Source of the DNA: a virus
IMG/VR virus record: IMGVR_UViG_3300020204_000036
Span: 1 to 64,000 of that record
DNA: 64,000 nucleotides
Strand: one strand, 5' to 3'
This document shows, piece after piece, positions 32,260-42,132 of the stretch; position 1 is the first letter of the stretch, and every line of letters starts with the position of its first letter. Both the position numbers and the translations under genes were made by a program. The notes under the pieces were generated by a model. That model ran no database searches. It was given only the letters and a program-made list of their open reading frames with translations, and was not told the DNA's origin.

Positions 32260-35207
32260 TGGCAAAACAAATTTTTAGATATCCGCCAGCACCACCTGTA
32301 GGTAATTCAACCGCATTTGATAATATAGTTGGATTTCAATTGGTTACGGGTGGAGGTCTGACTCAAGGTAATTTTCAATTTACTACCGCCATATATGAAA
32401 AGGTAAATAGAAATTTCGACTTAGGTGTTTTTTCACGACTTTATAATTTAGAAAATTTAAATATTGAAGATATTGAACAAACCAAAAAAATAATTCAAAA
32501 AAACTTTGCGGTATATCCTAATTTTGATATTTCACAAATAACAAGTTTTACTCTCTATGGTTCGTTACAAAAAAGGTTGTCAGCATCAATTACAAAAATT
32601 ATAAGTAATTTTCCAGCGGCATTAGACGTTAGAAATCAAACGCTTTCACTTACATCAGGATATACTGCAGTAAACATTACTTTCGACCCAATAGAGGATT
32701 TAACGACTTTTGATGTTAATGTTCCTTGGATTGTAAACCCATTTGATATTGATTACTCATCAAACGCTAGAAGAAATTTAGCCGTTAGACCTATCAAAAC
32801 ATCAAATTTTAGGGACCTAACAAATAATTTTGAGTTTTACAGTTTATATTTTTCTAGTGTAACGACAGAATACCCGTTGGTTGATTTTATACCATCACAA
32901 ACACTTACCGCAGGGACGATTACCATGACAGTAGTTGGTAATCCATTTTCAGGTGCAACCGCATCTAAAGATAATTTAATTATAAAACCAAACACACAAA
33001 AAACCGCTGAGATATTTCAAAATGAATTTGATGAGGTTGAAGATTTTATTTTGAATAGAAATACCCAACCAAAATATACATCAACATTTCAGTATCCTTA
33101 TTATGACTCGAACGAAGACTATACTTTAAAAATAGAAAGTGTTACTTGGTTTTTGAATGGTAGTTGGAACTTAGATATAGTATCATCTCAGTTTGACACA
33201 TACTTAGAAAAATTAAGTAGCATTGCTATGTTTTTGGATGATTATAAAACAAATTTAATATCAAGATTTTTAACTACAGGTTCCCTCAAAGACTTTGACA
33301 CGCAAGACCAAAGAATGGAAAAAATCTTGCAAATATATGGTAGAAGTTTTGACGAAGTTAAAAAGTTTATAGACGCTCTTGCAAATATGAACTCAGTAAA
33401 CTATGTTGTTGGAAACGATATACCTTCACAACTTTTAGTAAATTTAGCACAAACACTTGGAGTTAATACAAATATTTCACCAATAAACAATGACCAATTA
33501 TTAGAAGCGGTATTTAGTTCCCAAACAAACAAAATATATACAGGACAAGCTCAAAATCAAACCCCTTCAGAATTGAATTATCAATATTATAGAAATGTTA
33601 TATTAAACTCGGCGTATATGTTTAAATCTAAAGGAACAAGAAATTCTTTAGAATATATAATGAGACTTATTGGTGCTCCTGAGGCCATTACAGAATTTAA
33701 TGAAGTAGTTTATTTAGTTGATTCTAAAATTAATGTCGACCAATTTAAAGAAAATTATGCTAAAATAAGTGGCGGAACTGTGTATGTTGAAAAACCGGCA
33801 TTAGACCCAACAAACGTATTTTCAATTCATGGAAAAACATACACAGGTTTTACAACAGATGGAAATGTTGAAACGGTATCAACCACTTTTAATGATTATG
33901 GTATATCAAACGATGGCTACCCAAAATCGCCAAGGCAAACTGATGATTTCTTTTTTCAAAAAGGTTCAGGATGGTTTGAGTCAAGCCCAAAACATAGGGC
34001 ACCTCAAGTTGTTGATTTAGAAAACTCACAGTTAAATCAAAACGTACCAAGTGTTGTTACACAATTACAACCACCATCTTTTGGTCAAGAATATTTAGAT
34101 AGGTTCACAAAATTTCCTTTTTTAACTGAAGGATACACAATAACAAAAATATTTGACAATCAAAAGTCTTGGTCTGTTGATGACATTGGAAATAGAAAAA
34201 ATAATTCCAACTTCAATGGTGTTGATTACACAATTACAAGTGATAAGCAAATTATAAATTCCAAAAACATTGAATTGAATATCAATATGGGTCAAGGTTT
34301 GGTTTACGATGTTTGGGATATGTGTGTAAAATACGATTACCCAATACCAAATTCAGGATTAACTTCACCTTACCCATATCCTGGAGCCATTGATTGGACT
34401 TTTGTAAATCCAAAACCAAAAGAAAAAACCTTTTTTGAATTTGCTCAATCATTTTTTATGAACATGATTAATGTTCGGAACAGACAAACAATATTTGACG
34501 GTAAGACAGGAGGATACCCAACTTTACAATCGGTATATTGGAAATATCTTCAGTCCCAACAAACCGTAGGCATTCCATCTAATCAATTTACATATCAAAA
34601 AATGATTGATTATACTTTGGGTATTGGTGATTATTGGCAAAGGTTATTGGAGCAATTAGTTCCAGCAACAACACTTTGGCTTACGGGTCAAAAAATGGAA
34701 AACTCAATATTCCATAGGCAAAAATTTGTTTGGAGAAGACAAAGAGGTTGTCAATTTATTCAAGTAGAATGTGTTCCTTGTACGTTCGATGGGCAGTTAT
34801 TTGGGTATGATTGTATTGACCAAACTCTCTCTTGTGGTTTGAATATACAAAGTCCACAAACTTACTTGACTCAAGTTTTAAATTCGGTAATTGCTCAAAG
34901 TGGTTATACACAATCAGACTGTGATTTAACAAGTATTGTTTCAGACTGGTTTATAGACTGTAGATTGGATAATACCATATTGGTCCAAGAGCAATTTTAT
35001 ACGGGTTATGGATATTACGACACACCAACATTTGTTCAAATATCCGATGCTATTAATAATGAATTGGTTGGTTTATATAATCATGGTTTAAATTATTATT
35101 TTGCTGGTAAAACTTTGGTTATTAGTAATTCCACTTGTTATGATGACTTCACAAATAAAAAACTATACCTAAATATAGGAATAAACCTTAGCATAAATTG
35201 TAATTAA
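32259..35207 (+). CDS. Baseplate wedge protein (gp7/P2 gpI-like core)
   Basis: LLVNLAQTLG..AYMFKSKGTRNSLEYIMRLIG..EFNE motif; LEQLVPATT. Confidence 0.65.
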   Translation: MAKQIFRYPPAPPVGNSTAFDNIVGFQLVTGGGLTQGNFQFTTAIYEKVNRNFDLGVFSRLYNLENLNIEDIEQTKKIIQKNFAVYPNFDISQITSFTLYGSLQKRLSASITKIISNFPAALDVRNQTLSLTSGYTAVNITFDPIEDLTTFDVNVPWIVNPFDIDYSSNARRNLAVRPIKTSNFRDLTNNFEFYSLYFSSVTTEYPLVDFIPSQTLTAGTITMTVVGNPFSGATASKDNLIIKPNTQKTAEIFQNEFDEVEDFILNRNTQPKYTSTFQYPYYDSNEDYTLKIESVTWFLNGSWNLDIVSSQFDTYLEKLSSIAMFLDDYKTNLISRFLTTGSLKDFDTQDQRMEKILQIYGRSFDEVKKFIDALANMNSVNYVVGNDIPSQLLVNLAQTLGVNTNISPINNDQLLEAVFSSQTNKIYTGQAQNQTPSELNYQYYRNVILNSAYMFKSKGTRNSLEYIMRLIGAPEAITEFNEVVYLVDSKINVDQFKENYAKISGGTVYVEKPALDPTNVFSIHGKTYTGFTTDGNVETVSTTFNDYGISNDGYPKSPRQTDDFFFQKGSGWFESSPKHRAPQVVDLENSQLNQNVPSVVTQLQPPSFGQEYLDRFTKFPFLTEGYTITKIFDNQKSWSVDDIGNRKNNSNFNGVDYTITSDKQIINSKNIELNINMGQGLVYDVWDMCVKYDYPIPNSGLTSPYPYPGAIDWTFVNPKPKEKTFFEFAQSFFMNMINVRNRQTIFDGKTGGYPTLQSVYWKYLQSQQTVGIPSNQFTYQKMIDYTLGIGDYWQRLLEQLVPATTLWLTGQKMENSIFHRQKFVWRRQRGCQFIQVECVPCTFDGQLFGYDCIDQTLSCGLNIQSPQTYLTQVLNSVIAQSGYTQSDCDLTSIVSDWFIDCRLDNTILVQEQFYTGYGYYDTPTFVQISDAINNELVGLYNHGLNYYFAGKTLVISNSTCYDDFTNKKLYLNIGINLSINCN

Positions 35208-37513
35208 TGGCTTGTTATACAGGATTAACAGACGGTGTTTATTCTTACGTTGATTGTTGTGGCGTCACAAGAACAGGGGCGTCTTTAGGTGAAAGTATTT
35301 GTTTGGACGGAGCTTTTTCTGGTTCGTCTTTTGGTATATATATTGACGAAACAAGTTCATGTAGTCCTACTTGTGAAGAACAACCTTTAGGAATATCATT
35401 TTCCGTAACAGGTGTTTGTTCAGACCCAATAGGGTCAGTAACTTTTTCACCTTTTGGTGGTATACCACCATATACTATCGATAATGTAATACCTGGTGGT
35501 ATAAGTGCTCAAACTTCGTCATCACCAATAACATTCACAGGTCTAACTGCTGACACTTATGTTTTTAGATTAAACGACTCTTTGGGTTATGAAAATAATG
35601 AATTATACATAAATGTTATAATAACAGGTTGTTTTTATACCGATATTATAGAAGTCACAGGAACAAACTGTGGTGAAAATAACGGAACTTTAACTGTAAG
35701 TGCAGATTCACAATCATCGCCTTATACTTTGTTTTTGAAAAATAGTGGCACGACATTACAATCGCAAACAACAACTATTTTTCCATATACTTTTACAAAT
35801 CTTTCTGCGGATACCTATTTTGTTCAAGTTGTTGATTACGGATTATCCACAGCCACAACAGCAAATGCAATTATTTCGGGAAGTAGTTCTTTAGATTTTG
35901 GTTTTTGGAAAGTAAATACATCAACTTGTGTTATTAACCAAGGTAAATTATCGGTAACTGGAGTCACAGGAACACCACCATATACATATCTTTGGAGTAA
36001 TGGAGAAACAGGACAAACAATAACAGGACTTACTTTAGGTGAATATAGTTGCACAGTAACGGATGCGAATGGTTGTGTGACAACAAAAAGTGAAACTATA
36101 GGTCAGGCCGACCCATTAGGTGTTGGGATTGTAACTTCAGAAAATCCTACATGTTTTTCATCAAATGGCAGTATAACTTTTACAATCACGGGAGGTAGTG
36201 TTCCATATTATTATTCGGCTAGCACTTCACAAGTTGGATACACATTAAGCAATACTTTAACACTTTCAGGTTTATCAAGTGGAAATTACAATTTAGAAAT
36301 AACTGACGGTAATTTTTGTAAAGAAACAATAAGTGCTTTCATAAATGCTACAAATTCATTTTTTGTTGTTGATACGCAAGTTATTAATTCAAACTGTAGT
36401 CAACAACTAGGCTCAGTTTCGATTTCACTTCAAGGCTCTAATAACTTTTATACATATATTCTATCAGGACAAACTAATGGTTTATACTACACTAATACAA
36501 CACAAAGTTTAACAAGTTCATTTTCAGGATTAACAAATGACACTTATGATTTGACAATATCGGCAACAGGAACCAATTGTGCATATACAACTTCATTTAT
36601 TGTATCTTCAACCGATAAGTTCAGTATAACAACATCAACAACTGGCTCGACTTGTTCTCAAAATGACGGAATTTTATACATCGAGGTAAGTAGCGGATAT
36701 ACTTTACCGTTAGATTATATATTAAGTGATGGTCAGTCGGTAATTGATACATCCGCAACGGCATACACCTTCAATAATTTGGTTGCGGGTAGTTATTCAA
36801 TAATAATAGTTGATGGCGACGGTTGTCAAATTGAAGAAAGAGTTACCATATCAACAGGAGGTAGTTTATTGTCTGCAATTTCAACAACACAATGTTATAA
36901 CGGTCAAAACGGAACTGCTGAAATTTTGATTTATGCGGGAGAACCAACATTTACTTATGATTGGTCAAATAATGTACCATCAGGACAAACTGGCTCTACA
37001 ATATCAGGATTAACCGCCGGAACTTATTCAGTGGAAGTTTTAGATAGTAGCGGGTGTTCACAAATACATGATTTTACAATAACTTGCTTTGGAAATAATG
37101 TTTCCACTTATTCACTTGTAACTCTTTGTGAAAATACTTTTACGACAACAGTGGGGGATAAACGAGGGTTTTTAGAAATGTTAAATGAAGGGTATATCGA
37201 TGTAACAAGTGGATATACAGGTTGTAGTTTGAATACTGCTGAATTCATACTTGAGTTAGATATAAATGGTTCAGGATACACCCAAACATTTTATACTGCG
37301 ACAACACTAAATGATGTCCCACAAGATATACTATGGCAATCAACAATAGAAAGTGTTTTAAGTGGTATCACAGACATTAGTCTTTATACTATTAGTTTAA
37401 CTGATAATACAATCCACATTGAGTCAAATTGTGAAGGAGATTATGACCCATTATCTGACGCCAATTTTACTTTGGAATTAACAATCGAATACGATGTAAC
37501 TTGTTTTACTTAG
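35207..37513 (+). CDS. SprB-repeat, Cys-rich tail adhesin-like protein
   Basis: Multiple C..G.I...GG.PPY.Y.WSNG...GL..G.Y...V.D.NGC units. Confidence 0.8.
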   Translation: MACYTGLTDGVYSYVDCCGVTRTGASLGESICLDGAFSGSSFGIYIDETSSCSPTCEEQPLGISFSVTGVCSDPIGSVTFSPFGGIPPYTIDNVIPGGISAQTSSSPITFTGLTADTYVFRLNDSLGYENNELYINVIITGCFYTDIIEVTGTNCGENNGTLTVSADSQSSPYTLFLKNSGTTLQSQTTTIFPYTFTNLSADTYFVQVVDYGLSTATTANAIISGSSSLDFGFWKVNTSTCVINQGKLSVTGVTGTPPYTYLWSNGETGQTITGLTLGEYSCTVTDANGCVTTKSETIGQADPLGVGIVTSENPTCFSSNGSITFTITGGSVPYYYSASTSQVGYTLSNTLTLSGLSSGNYNLEITDGNFCKETISAFINATNSFFVVDTQVINSNCSQQLGSVSISLQGSNNFYTYILSGQTNGLYYTNTTQSLTSSFSGLTNDTYDLTISATGTNCAYTTSFIVSSTDKFSITTSTTGSTCSQNDGILYIEVSSGYTLPLDYILSDGQSVIDTSATAYTFNNLVAGSYSIIIVDGDGCQIEERVTISTGGSLLSAISTTQCYNGQNGTAEILIYAGEPTFTYDWSNNVPSGQTGSTISGLTAGTYSVEVLDSSGCSQIHDFTITCFGNNVSTYSLVTLCENTFTTTVGDKRGFLEMLNEGYIDVTSGYTGCSLNTAEFILELDINGSGYTQTFYTATTLNDVPQDILWQSTIESVLSGITDISLYTISLTDNTIHIESNCEGDYDPLSDANFTLELTIEYDVTCFT

Positions 37514-37723
37514 ATGCCATACTCAATCGACATAACAAGTTTAACAGGAGGAACTACTCCAATTGATTATTATGTTTGTGACCAAAACGGTAACAACTGC
37601 TCACTTCTTGGGACATCATTAGGTGTTTATGTTTTGAGCGCATATTACAGTAGTGCAAGTTCATTAATAATAAGGGCTATTGACAATAATGGTTGTGAAA
37701 CATTTCATGAAGTAAATTGTTAA
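37514..37723 (+). CDS. Stand-alone single SprB-like unit, paralog 1
   Basis: ITSLTGGTTPIDYYVCD..IRAIDNNGCE. Confidence 0.7.
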   Translation: MPYSIDITSLTGGTTPIDYYVCDQNGNNCSLLGTSLGVYVLSAYYSSASSLIIRAIDNNGCETFHEVNC

Positions 37724-37726
37724 ATT

Positions 37727-37951
37727 ATGATAATAGAAATAACAGGAGTCACAAGCGGAACAAGTCCTTATGATGTATATATATGTGACCCAACAAATGT
37801 ATCTTGTTTTTATGTATCGGGAGTAACATCTATTCCACCAAATGTTGTAATTGATTCATCAATTTTTTTTCCAAATGAGGATATTGTTTATATAAAAGTC
37901 ATAACTGCAGATGGATGTCTAGAAGAAATTCAAATAGACTGTAGTAGTTAA
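37727..37951 (+). CDS. Stand-alone single SprB-like unit, paralog 2 (possibly truncated by a nonsense codon)
   Basis: ITGVTSGTSPYDVYICD..IKVITADGCLE; frame continues LLQENGFIIKIT after the TAA. Confidence 0.7.
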   Translation: MIIEITGVTSGTSPYDVYICDPTNVSCFYVSGVTSIPPNVVIDSSIFFPNEDIVYIKVITADGCLEEIQIDCSS

Positions 37952-38072
37952 CTACTACAAGAAAATGGATTTATAATCAAAATAACTTGATAACTTTATA
38001 AAATACCAAGCGGCCTCATGAAATGTGTCCGCAATTCTATCTTTAATTGTAACAATAAATAAAGTGAGTTAA
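37952..38072 (+). pseudogene. Relic of an adaptor tail and the 3' end of a deleted fibre gene
   Basis: 37952-37990 reads LLQENGFIIKIT*; 38001-38072 reads KYQAAS*NVSAILSLIVTINKVS*. Confidence 0.45.
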
Positions 38073-38126
38073 TATGTACTTTATTTAGTTTTTTTATTTT
38101 TTACTTTTTTACAAAAGTTGTTATTT

Positions 38127-39368
38127 ATGAAAATATTTGTTCAAATTGCGTCATACCGCGACCCCGAACTATTACCAACAATTAGAGATTGTATCAATAA
38201 AGCAAAACATCCTCAAAATCTAACATTTGGCATATGTTGGCAAAGAGATGAAAATGAATCATTAGAAGAATTTCAAAACGACGAAAGGTTCACAATTTTG
38301 GACTATCATTGGACTAAAAGTAAAGGTTTATGTTGGGCCAGAAGTCTCATTCAAAAACTATGGAAAGGTGAAGAGTACACAATGCAATTAGACTCACATC
38401 ATCGGTTTTTACAAGATTGGGATGTGGAATTAATTGAAATGATGAAATTAACTGGTGTTGAAAAGCCAATAATCACTACTTATGCAGGAATGTATGACCC
38501 AAAAACTAATACGTTATTAAATGAAGAGCCATATAAATGCACGGCAAGAAAGTTTTCAGAATACGGCACAATTTTCTTTTATCCTGAACAAATACCAAAT
38601 TGGCAAAAATTAGAAAAACCAATACCGGCAAGATTTGTAAGTGGTCATTTCTTTTTTACATTAGGAAAACATTGTGAAGAATACAAGTACGACCCAAATA
38701 TATATTTCGCGGGAGATGAAATAAGTTTATCAATTAGGTCTTATACGTTAGGTTATGATTTATTCCACCCTCATAAGACAGTTGTTTGGCATGAATATAC
38801 AAGAATAGGTAGAATTAAACATTGGGATGATTTTAATGAAGAAAATGTAAAAAAAGGATTAATTGAAAAAGAATGGCATGTAATTAATTCAGAAGGGTTG
38901 GTTAGATTAAGACATATGTTACAAGAAGAAGATAATAATATTGATTTAGGGGAATTTGGTTTAGGTGATGTAAGGTCGCATAGGGATTATGAGTTATATG
39001 CTGGTATTGATTTTAAAAAAAGAAGATTACACCCCAAAACATTAAAAGGAACCGACCCACCAATAAACGACGACTCAAATTGGTTTGAAACTAAACTAAA
39101 TAAATTCACATACAATATAGTTGTACCAAGAATTGAGGCGCCAGTTGATGATTATGATTTTTGGGCCGTTTCATTTTTAGATGAATTCGGTGGGGAAATA
39201 TTTAGACAAGATGCCGATGAAGAAGAATTAAAGACTTGTTACGCAGTTAAAGGTGATTACGTTCAAATTAAAAGAACTTTTATGGTTGATGATTCTGCAA
39301 AATCTTGGTCGATATGGTTACACCATAAAGAAAACGGTTGGGTTAAACAAATAACAGGAGAAATATGA
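38127..39368 (+). CDS. GT60-like polypeptide/Skp1 alpha-GlcNAc transferase (Pfam GlcNAc family)
   Basis: IFVQIASYRDPEL, SKGLCWARS, MQLDSHHRFLQDWD, FVSGHFFF, YDP..YFAGDEISLSIRSYTLGYDLFHP..VWHEY. Confidence 0.85.
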   Translation: MKIFVQIASYRDPELLPTIRDCINKAKHPQNLTFGICWQRDENESLEEFQNDERFTILDYHWTKSKGLCWARSLIQKLWKGEEYTMQLDSHHRFLQDWDVELIEMMKLTGVEKPIITTYAGMYDPKTNTLLNEEPYKCTARKFSEYGTIFFYPEQIPNWQKLEKPIPARFVSGHFFFTLGKHCEEYKYDPNIYFAGDEISLSIRSYTLGYDLFHPHKTVVWHEYTRIGRIKHWDDFNEENVKKGLIEKEWHVINSEGLVRLRHMLQEEDNNIDLGEFGLGDVRSHRDYELYAGIDFKKRRLHPKTLKGTDPPINDDSNWFETKLNKFTYNIVVPRIEAPVDDYDFWAVSFLDEFGGEIFRQDADEEELKTCYAVKGDYVQIKRTFMVDDSAKSWSIWLHHKENGWVKQITGEI

Positions 39369-40162
39369 AAATAGGTGCATTTTATCAATCGGGGCATAAA
39401 CTTGTTGCTTGTTATAAAGCACTAGAACAATTAAGAAATATTTATCCAAAAATTCCAATCGTATTATATGAAGATGGTTCTGAAATATTGGAACCTGTTG
39501 CAAAAAAATTTAATTGTGATTATAATTGGATTGAACAACAAGGATTTAATTATCCTCACTCTGGTAGGGTATTTTCAAGTGAAAACGGACCTTTAGATTG
39601 GTTAAAAAGAATTTATGACGCTTGTATAACAACATTAAAAGATGTGGATTGGGTTATACATTATGAAGATGATGTTTGGTGTAAACGTGAAATAACAAAA
39701 CCACCAACATTCGATATTGCAGGAGCAAATGGACCTATGTACACACCTGAACTTTACAAGTATTTAAAAAATAAATTCAATATAACAGACGAATCACGAC
39801 ATTATTGGAGTGAGATTGGTTCATTAGAAGGTTATGGTGCTTGTGGGGGTGCAATATTCAATCGTAAAAAATTTATCGAAATATATCACAGATTGAACGA
39901 AGTCCCGTGGGGTGAAATATATCACTTAGATACAAGACCAATTGAGTGGTGTGATGCAACACTTTCATTTCTTTTTCAATTTTTCGGTTACACAAGCGGT
40001 GTTTGGGATGATTGGGCAGAATACGATTCAAAAAATCAAGGAGATTGGTGGGATAAAAGTGGTTGGTCAATACCTATGGAAAAACAACCTGATGTTGCTT
40101 TTATTCATGCGTATAAACACTTTTATAACTATCTCCCTGAAGAAATAAACCTTGAGTTGTAA
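39365..40162 (+). CDS. GT-A fold glycosyltransferase
   Basis: LRNIYPKIPIVLYEDG, DWVIHYEDDVW (DxD-like), GACGGAIF, WCDATLS, FIHAYK; ATGA overlap with the GT60 gene. Confidence 0.75.
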   Translation: MKIGAFYQSGHKLVACYKALEQLRNIYPKIPIVLYEDGSEILEPVAKKFNCDYNWIEQQGFNYPHSGRVFSSENGPLDWLKRIYDACITTLKDVDWVIHYEDDVWCKREITKPPTFDIAGANGPMYTPELYKYLKNKFNITDESRHYWSEIGSLEGYGACGGAIFNRKKFIEIYHRLNEVPWGEIYHLDTRPIEWCDATLSFLFQFFGYTSGVWDDWAEYDSKNQGDWWDKSGWSIPMEKQPDVAFIHAYKHFYNYLPEEINLEL

Positions 40163-40207
40163 ATAAAATAAACATAAGCTTATTTATATTATAAAGTTAA
40201 TTTTTCT

Positions 40208-41815
40208 ATGGCAGATATTCTTTTAGAAAGTTGTTGTTATCCTGGGTTACAATATTATACCGATGAGTCAAATTGGACGGGAGCCACTTCTGCAGTGACA
40301 ACGGTTTTTTCTGTTACTTATGATTCTGTCGTAGTTTCAGGTTGTTATACAATAGTATCTGCGTTCACTTCCGGATTTACATCAACTAGCATAGTCCCTG
40401 ATGGGGTATATACTCAAGTAACAGGATGCACAGACCCATTTTGTGCAACAGGACAATGTTGTTCAAATGAGTATTGTGTTCAAATTAACGATGTAAATTT
40501 TTCAGCATATAGTGGTAGTTATGTTGTGGCCGGAAGTTATAATTCCTTACCTTTTTTTACAGGTGGAACACAACCTGGATACATTTATAAAGGACCAACA
40601 AAATGGTGTTTAGGAACTTCTGCAGGCACAGGTTGTTATTTCTTTGGGCAAGACCCAACTCTATCACCTTGTCCAAATTTATACACGGACTTGTTTTATG
40701 AAGGTCCTTGTGGAACACCACTACCAACTCCAACGCCCGTTTGTGATATATTTGATTTTGAAGTTGACGTGTTATGTGTGACACCAACTCCGACTCCAAC
40801 ACCAACACCAACACCAACTCCGACCCCTACACCCACACCATCACCAACACCTGATATATGTTCAGGATTTACTGTTGATATTACGGTTAGTGGAACAACA
40901 CCAACTCCTACGCCAACACCTACTCCCACCCCTACTCCAACGCCAACAATTAATTTAACGGGAGAAACGGTAACATTTACAATAGATGATGGAAACTTTG
41001 TATGTTTTAGAGTTAAAGAGTTAAGAGATTGTAATGAAAACGTAACTTATTATGTTTCGGGTTCTTTAGATATATCAGGAACACCAATAACAACAGGTCA
41101 GACGTTCTTAGGAGTTATTAATGACCAATTGAAATGTGCAACTTACATACAAGATACAACTGCAAGTCCAAATGCTACAATTAAACTTGTTGTTTCGGCA
41201 TACACAGGATGTACGGTTTGTCCAACACCAACACCTACACCAACACCTACACCAACTCCCACACCAACTCCGACACCTACACCAACTCCAACGCCTACAT
41301 TCGCGCCAGGAACTTACTTTGTGTTTACATCTTGTACTACAACATCGATGATTACACAAACAGCTTATCCACCAACTAATCTTGACCCAGGAGAAGTAAT
41401 TAGAGATTATTCTGGAAATTGTTATAGTTATGTAGGATATTTTATAAATTATATTCCACCTTCAGGTTATATTGTGGTAAATGAAGACAGATTTACAGCG
41501 ACAACAGCAACAACATACGTTGATTGTGCTGAATGTTTATTAGTCGAACCGCTAGTTGTAACATTTAATACTTGGATTGGAAGTGGGGCATATTCGGTAA
41601 ATTGCCCTGGATGCCAATTAACTAACTTTGGTCTACAAACAATATTCTATACACACCCATCGGTTAATCAAATACAAACAGGAGTGACCGTGTATAGTAA
41701 TTCGTCATTGTTATATCCGTTAACAATTGACTATATCAGATACGGAAATAAAATTTATAGTGTTAATAATAGTGGTGTTATCACTGAGTTTTGCACAGTA
41801 AACGGAGTTTGTTAA
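40208..41815 (+). CDS. Cys-rich tail-associated protein with mucin-like (Pro-Thr)n linkers
   Basis: Three long (PT)n tracts and one short one separating Cys-rich domains; TATTTATA at 40181. Confidence 0.75.
   Translation: MADILLESCCYPGLQYYTDESNWTGATSAVTTVFSVTYDSVVVSGCYTIVSAFTSGFTSTSIVPDGVYTQVTGCTDPFCATGQCCSNEYCVQINDVNFSAYSGSYVVAGSYNSLPFFTGGTQPGYIYKGPTKWCLGTSAGTGCYFFGQDPTLSPCPNLYTDLFYEGPCGTPLPTPTPVCDIFDFEVDVLCVTPTPTPTPTPTPTPTPTPTPSPTPDICSGFTVDITVSGTTPTPTPTPTPTPTPTPTINLTGETVTFTIDDGNFVCFRVKELRDCNENVTYYVSGSLDISGTPITTGQTFLGVINDQLKCATYIQDTTASPNATIKLVVSAYTGCTVCPTPTPTPTPTPTPTPTPTPTPTPTPTFAPGTYFVFTSCTTTSMITQTAYPPTNLDPGEVIRDYSGNCYSYVGYFINYIPPSGYIVVNEDRFTATTATTYVDCAECLLVEPLVVTFNTWIGSGAYSVNCPGCQLTNFGLQTIFYTHPSVNQIQTGVTVYSNSSLLYPLTIDYIRYGNKIYSVNNSGVITEFCTVNGVC
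40781..41299 (+). repeat. Three hexamer tandem tracts encoding (Thr-Pro)n
   Basis: acN-ccN repeats at about 40781-40852, 40898-40948 and 41222-41299 with varied third codon positions. Confidence 0.92.
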
Positions 41816-41816
41816 T

Positions 41817-42107
41817 ATGCCAACAATTGTCACAATAAATACAATAACTTCAGGAACAAGCCCATATGATGTTTGGGTGTGTGATGCATGTGGAATTTAT
41901 GGCACTTGTCAATATATAGACACATTTATAACAACACCCTATTCATTTACATTACCTGTTTCCTTTGAATCTATGGATAGTTATGTTGTTAAAGTAATTG
42001 ATGATAATGGTTGTGAATTCTGTTATGATGGACTTTGTAATTATAAACAGTTTCAAGACTTAATATGTTTTGAATTCGAAGACGGAATACCTTATGATTT
42101 TCAATAA
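41817..42107 (+). CDS. Stand-alone SprB-like unit, paralog 3, with acidic/aromatic tail
   Basis: ITSGTSPYDVWVCD..VKVIDDNGCE plus KQFQDLICFEFEDGIPYDFQ. Confidence 0.7.
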   Translation: MPTIVTINTITSGTSPYDVWVCDACGIYGTCQYIDTFITTPYSFTLPVSFESMDSYVVKVIDDNGCEFCYDGLCNYKQFQDLICFEFEDGIPYDFQ

Positions 42108-42132
42108 ACTATGATATATATAAAATAAAAAA

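Noticed and set aside
40696-41359. Reverse-strand (GV)n and Cys/Trp-rich ORFs, and the His/Gln-rich alternative frame
   Set aside because: Shadows of the (PT)n coding repeats
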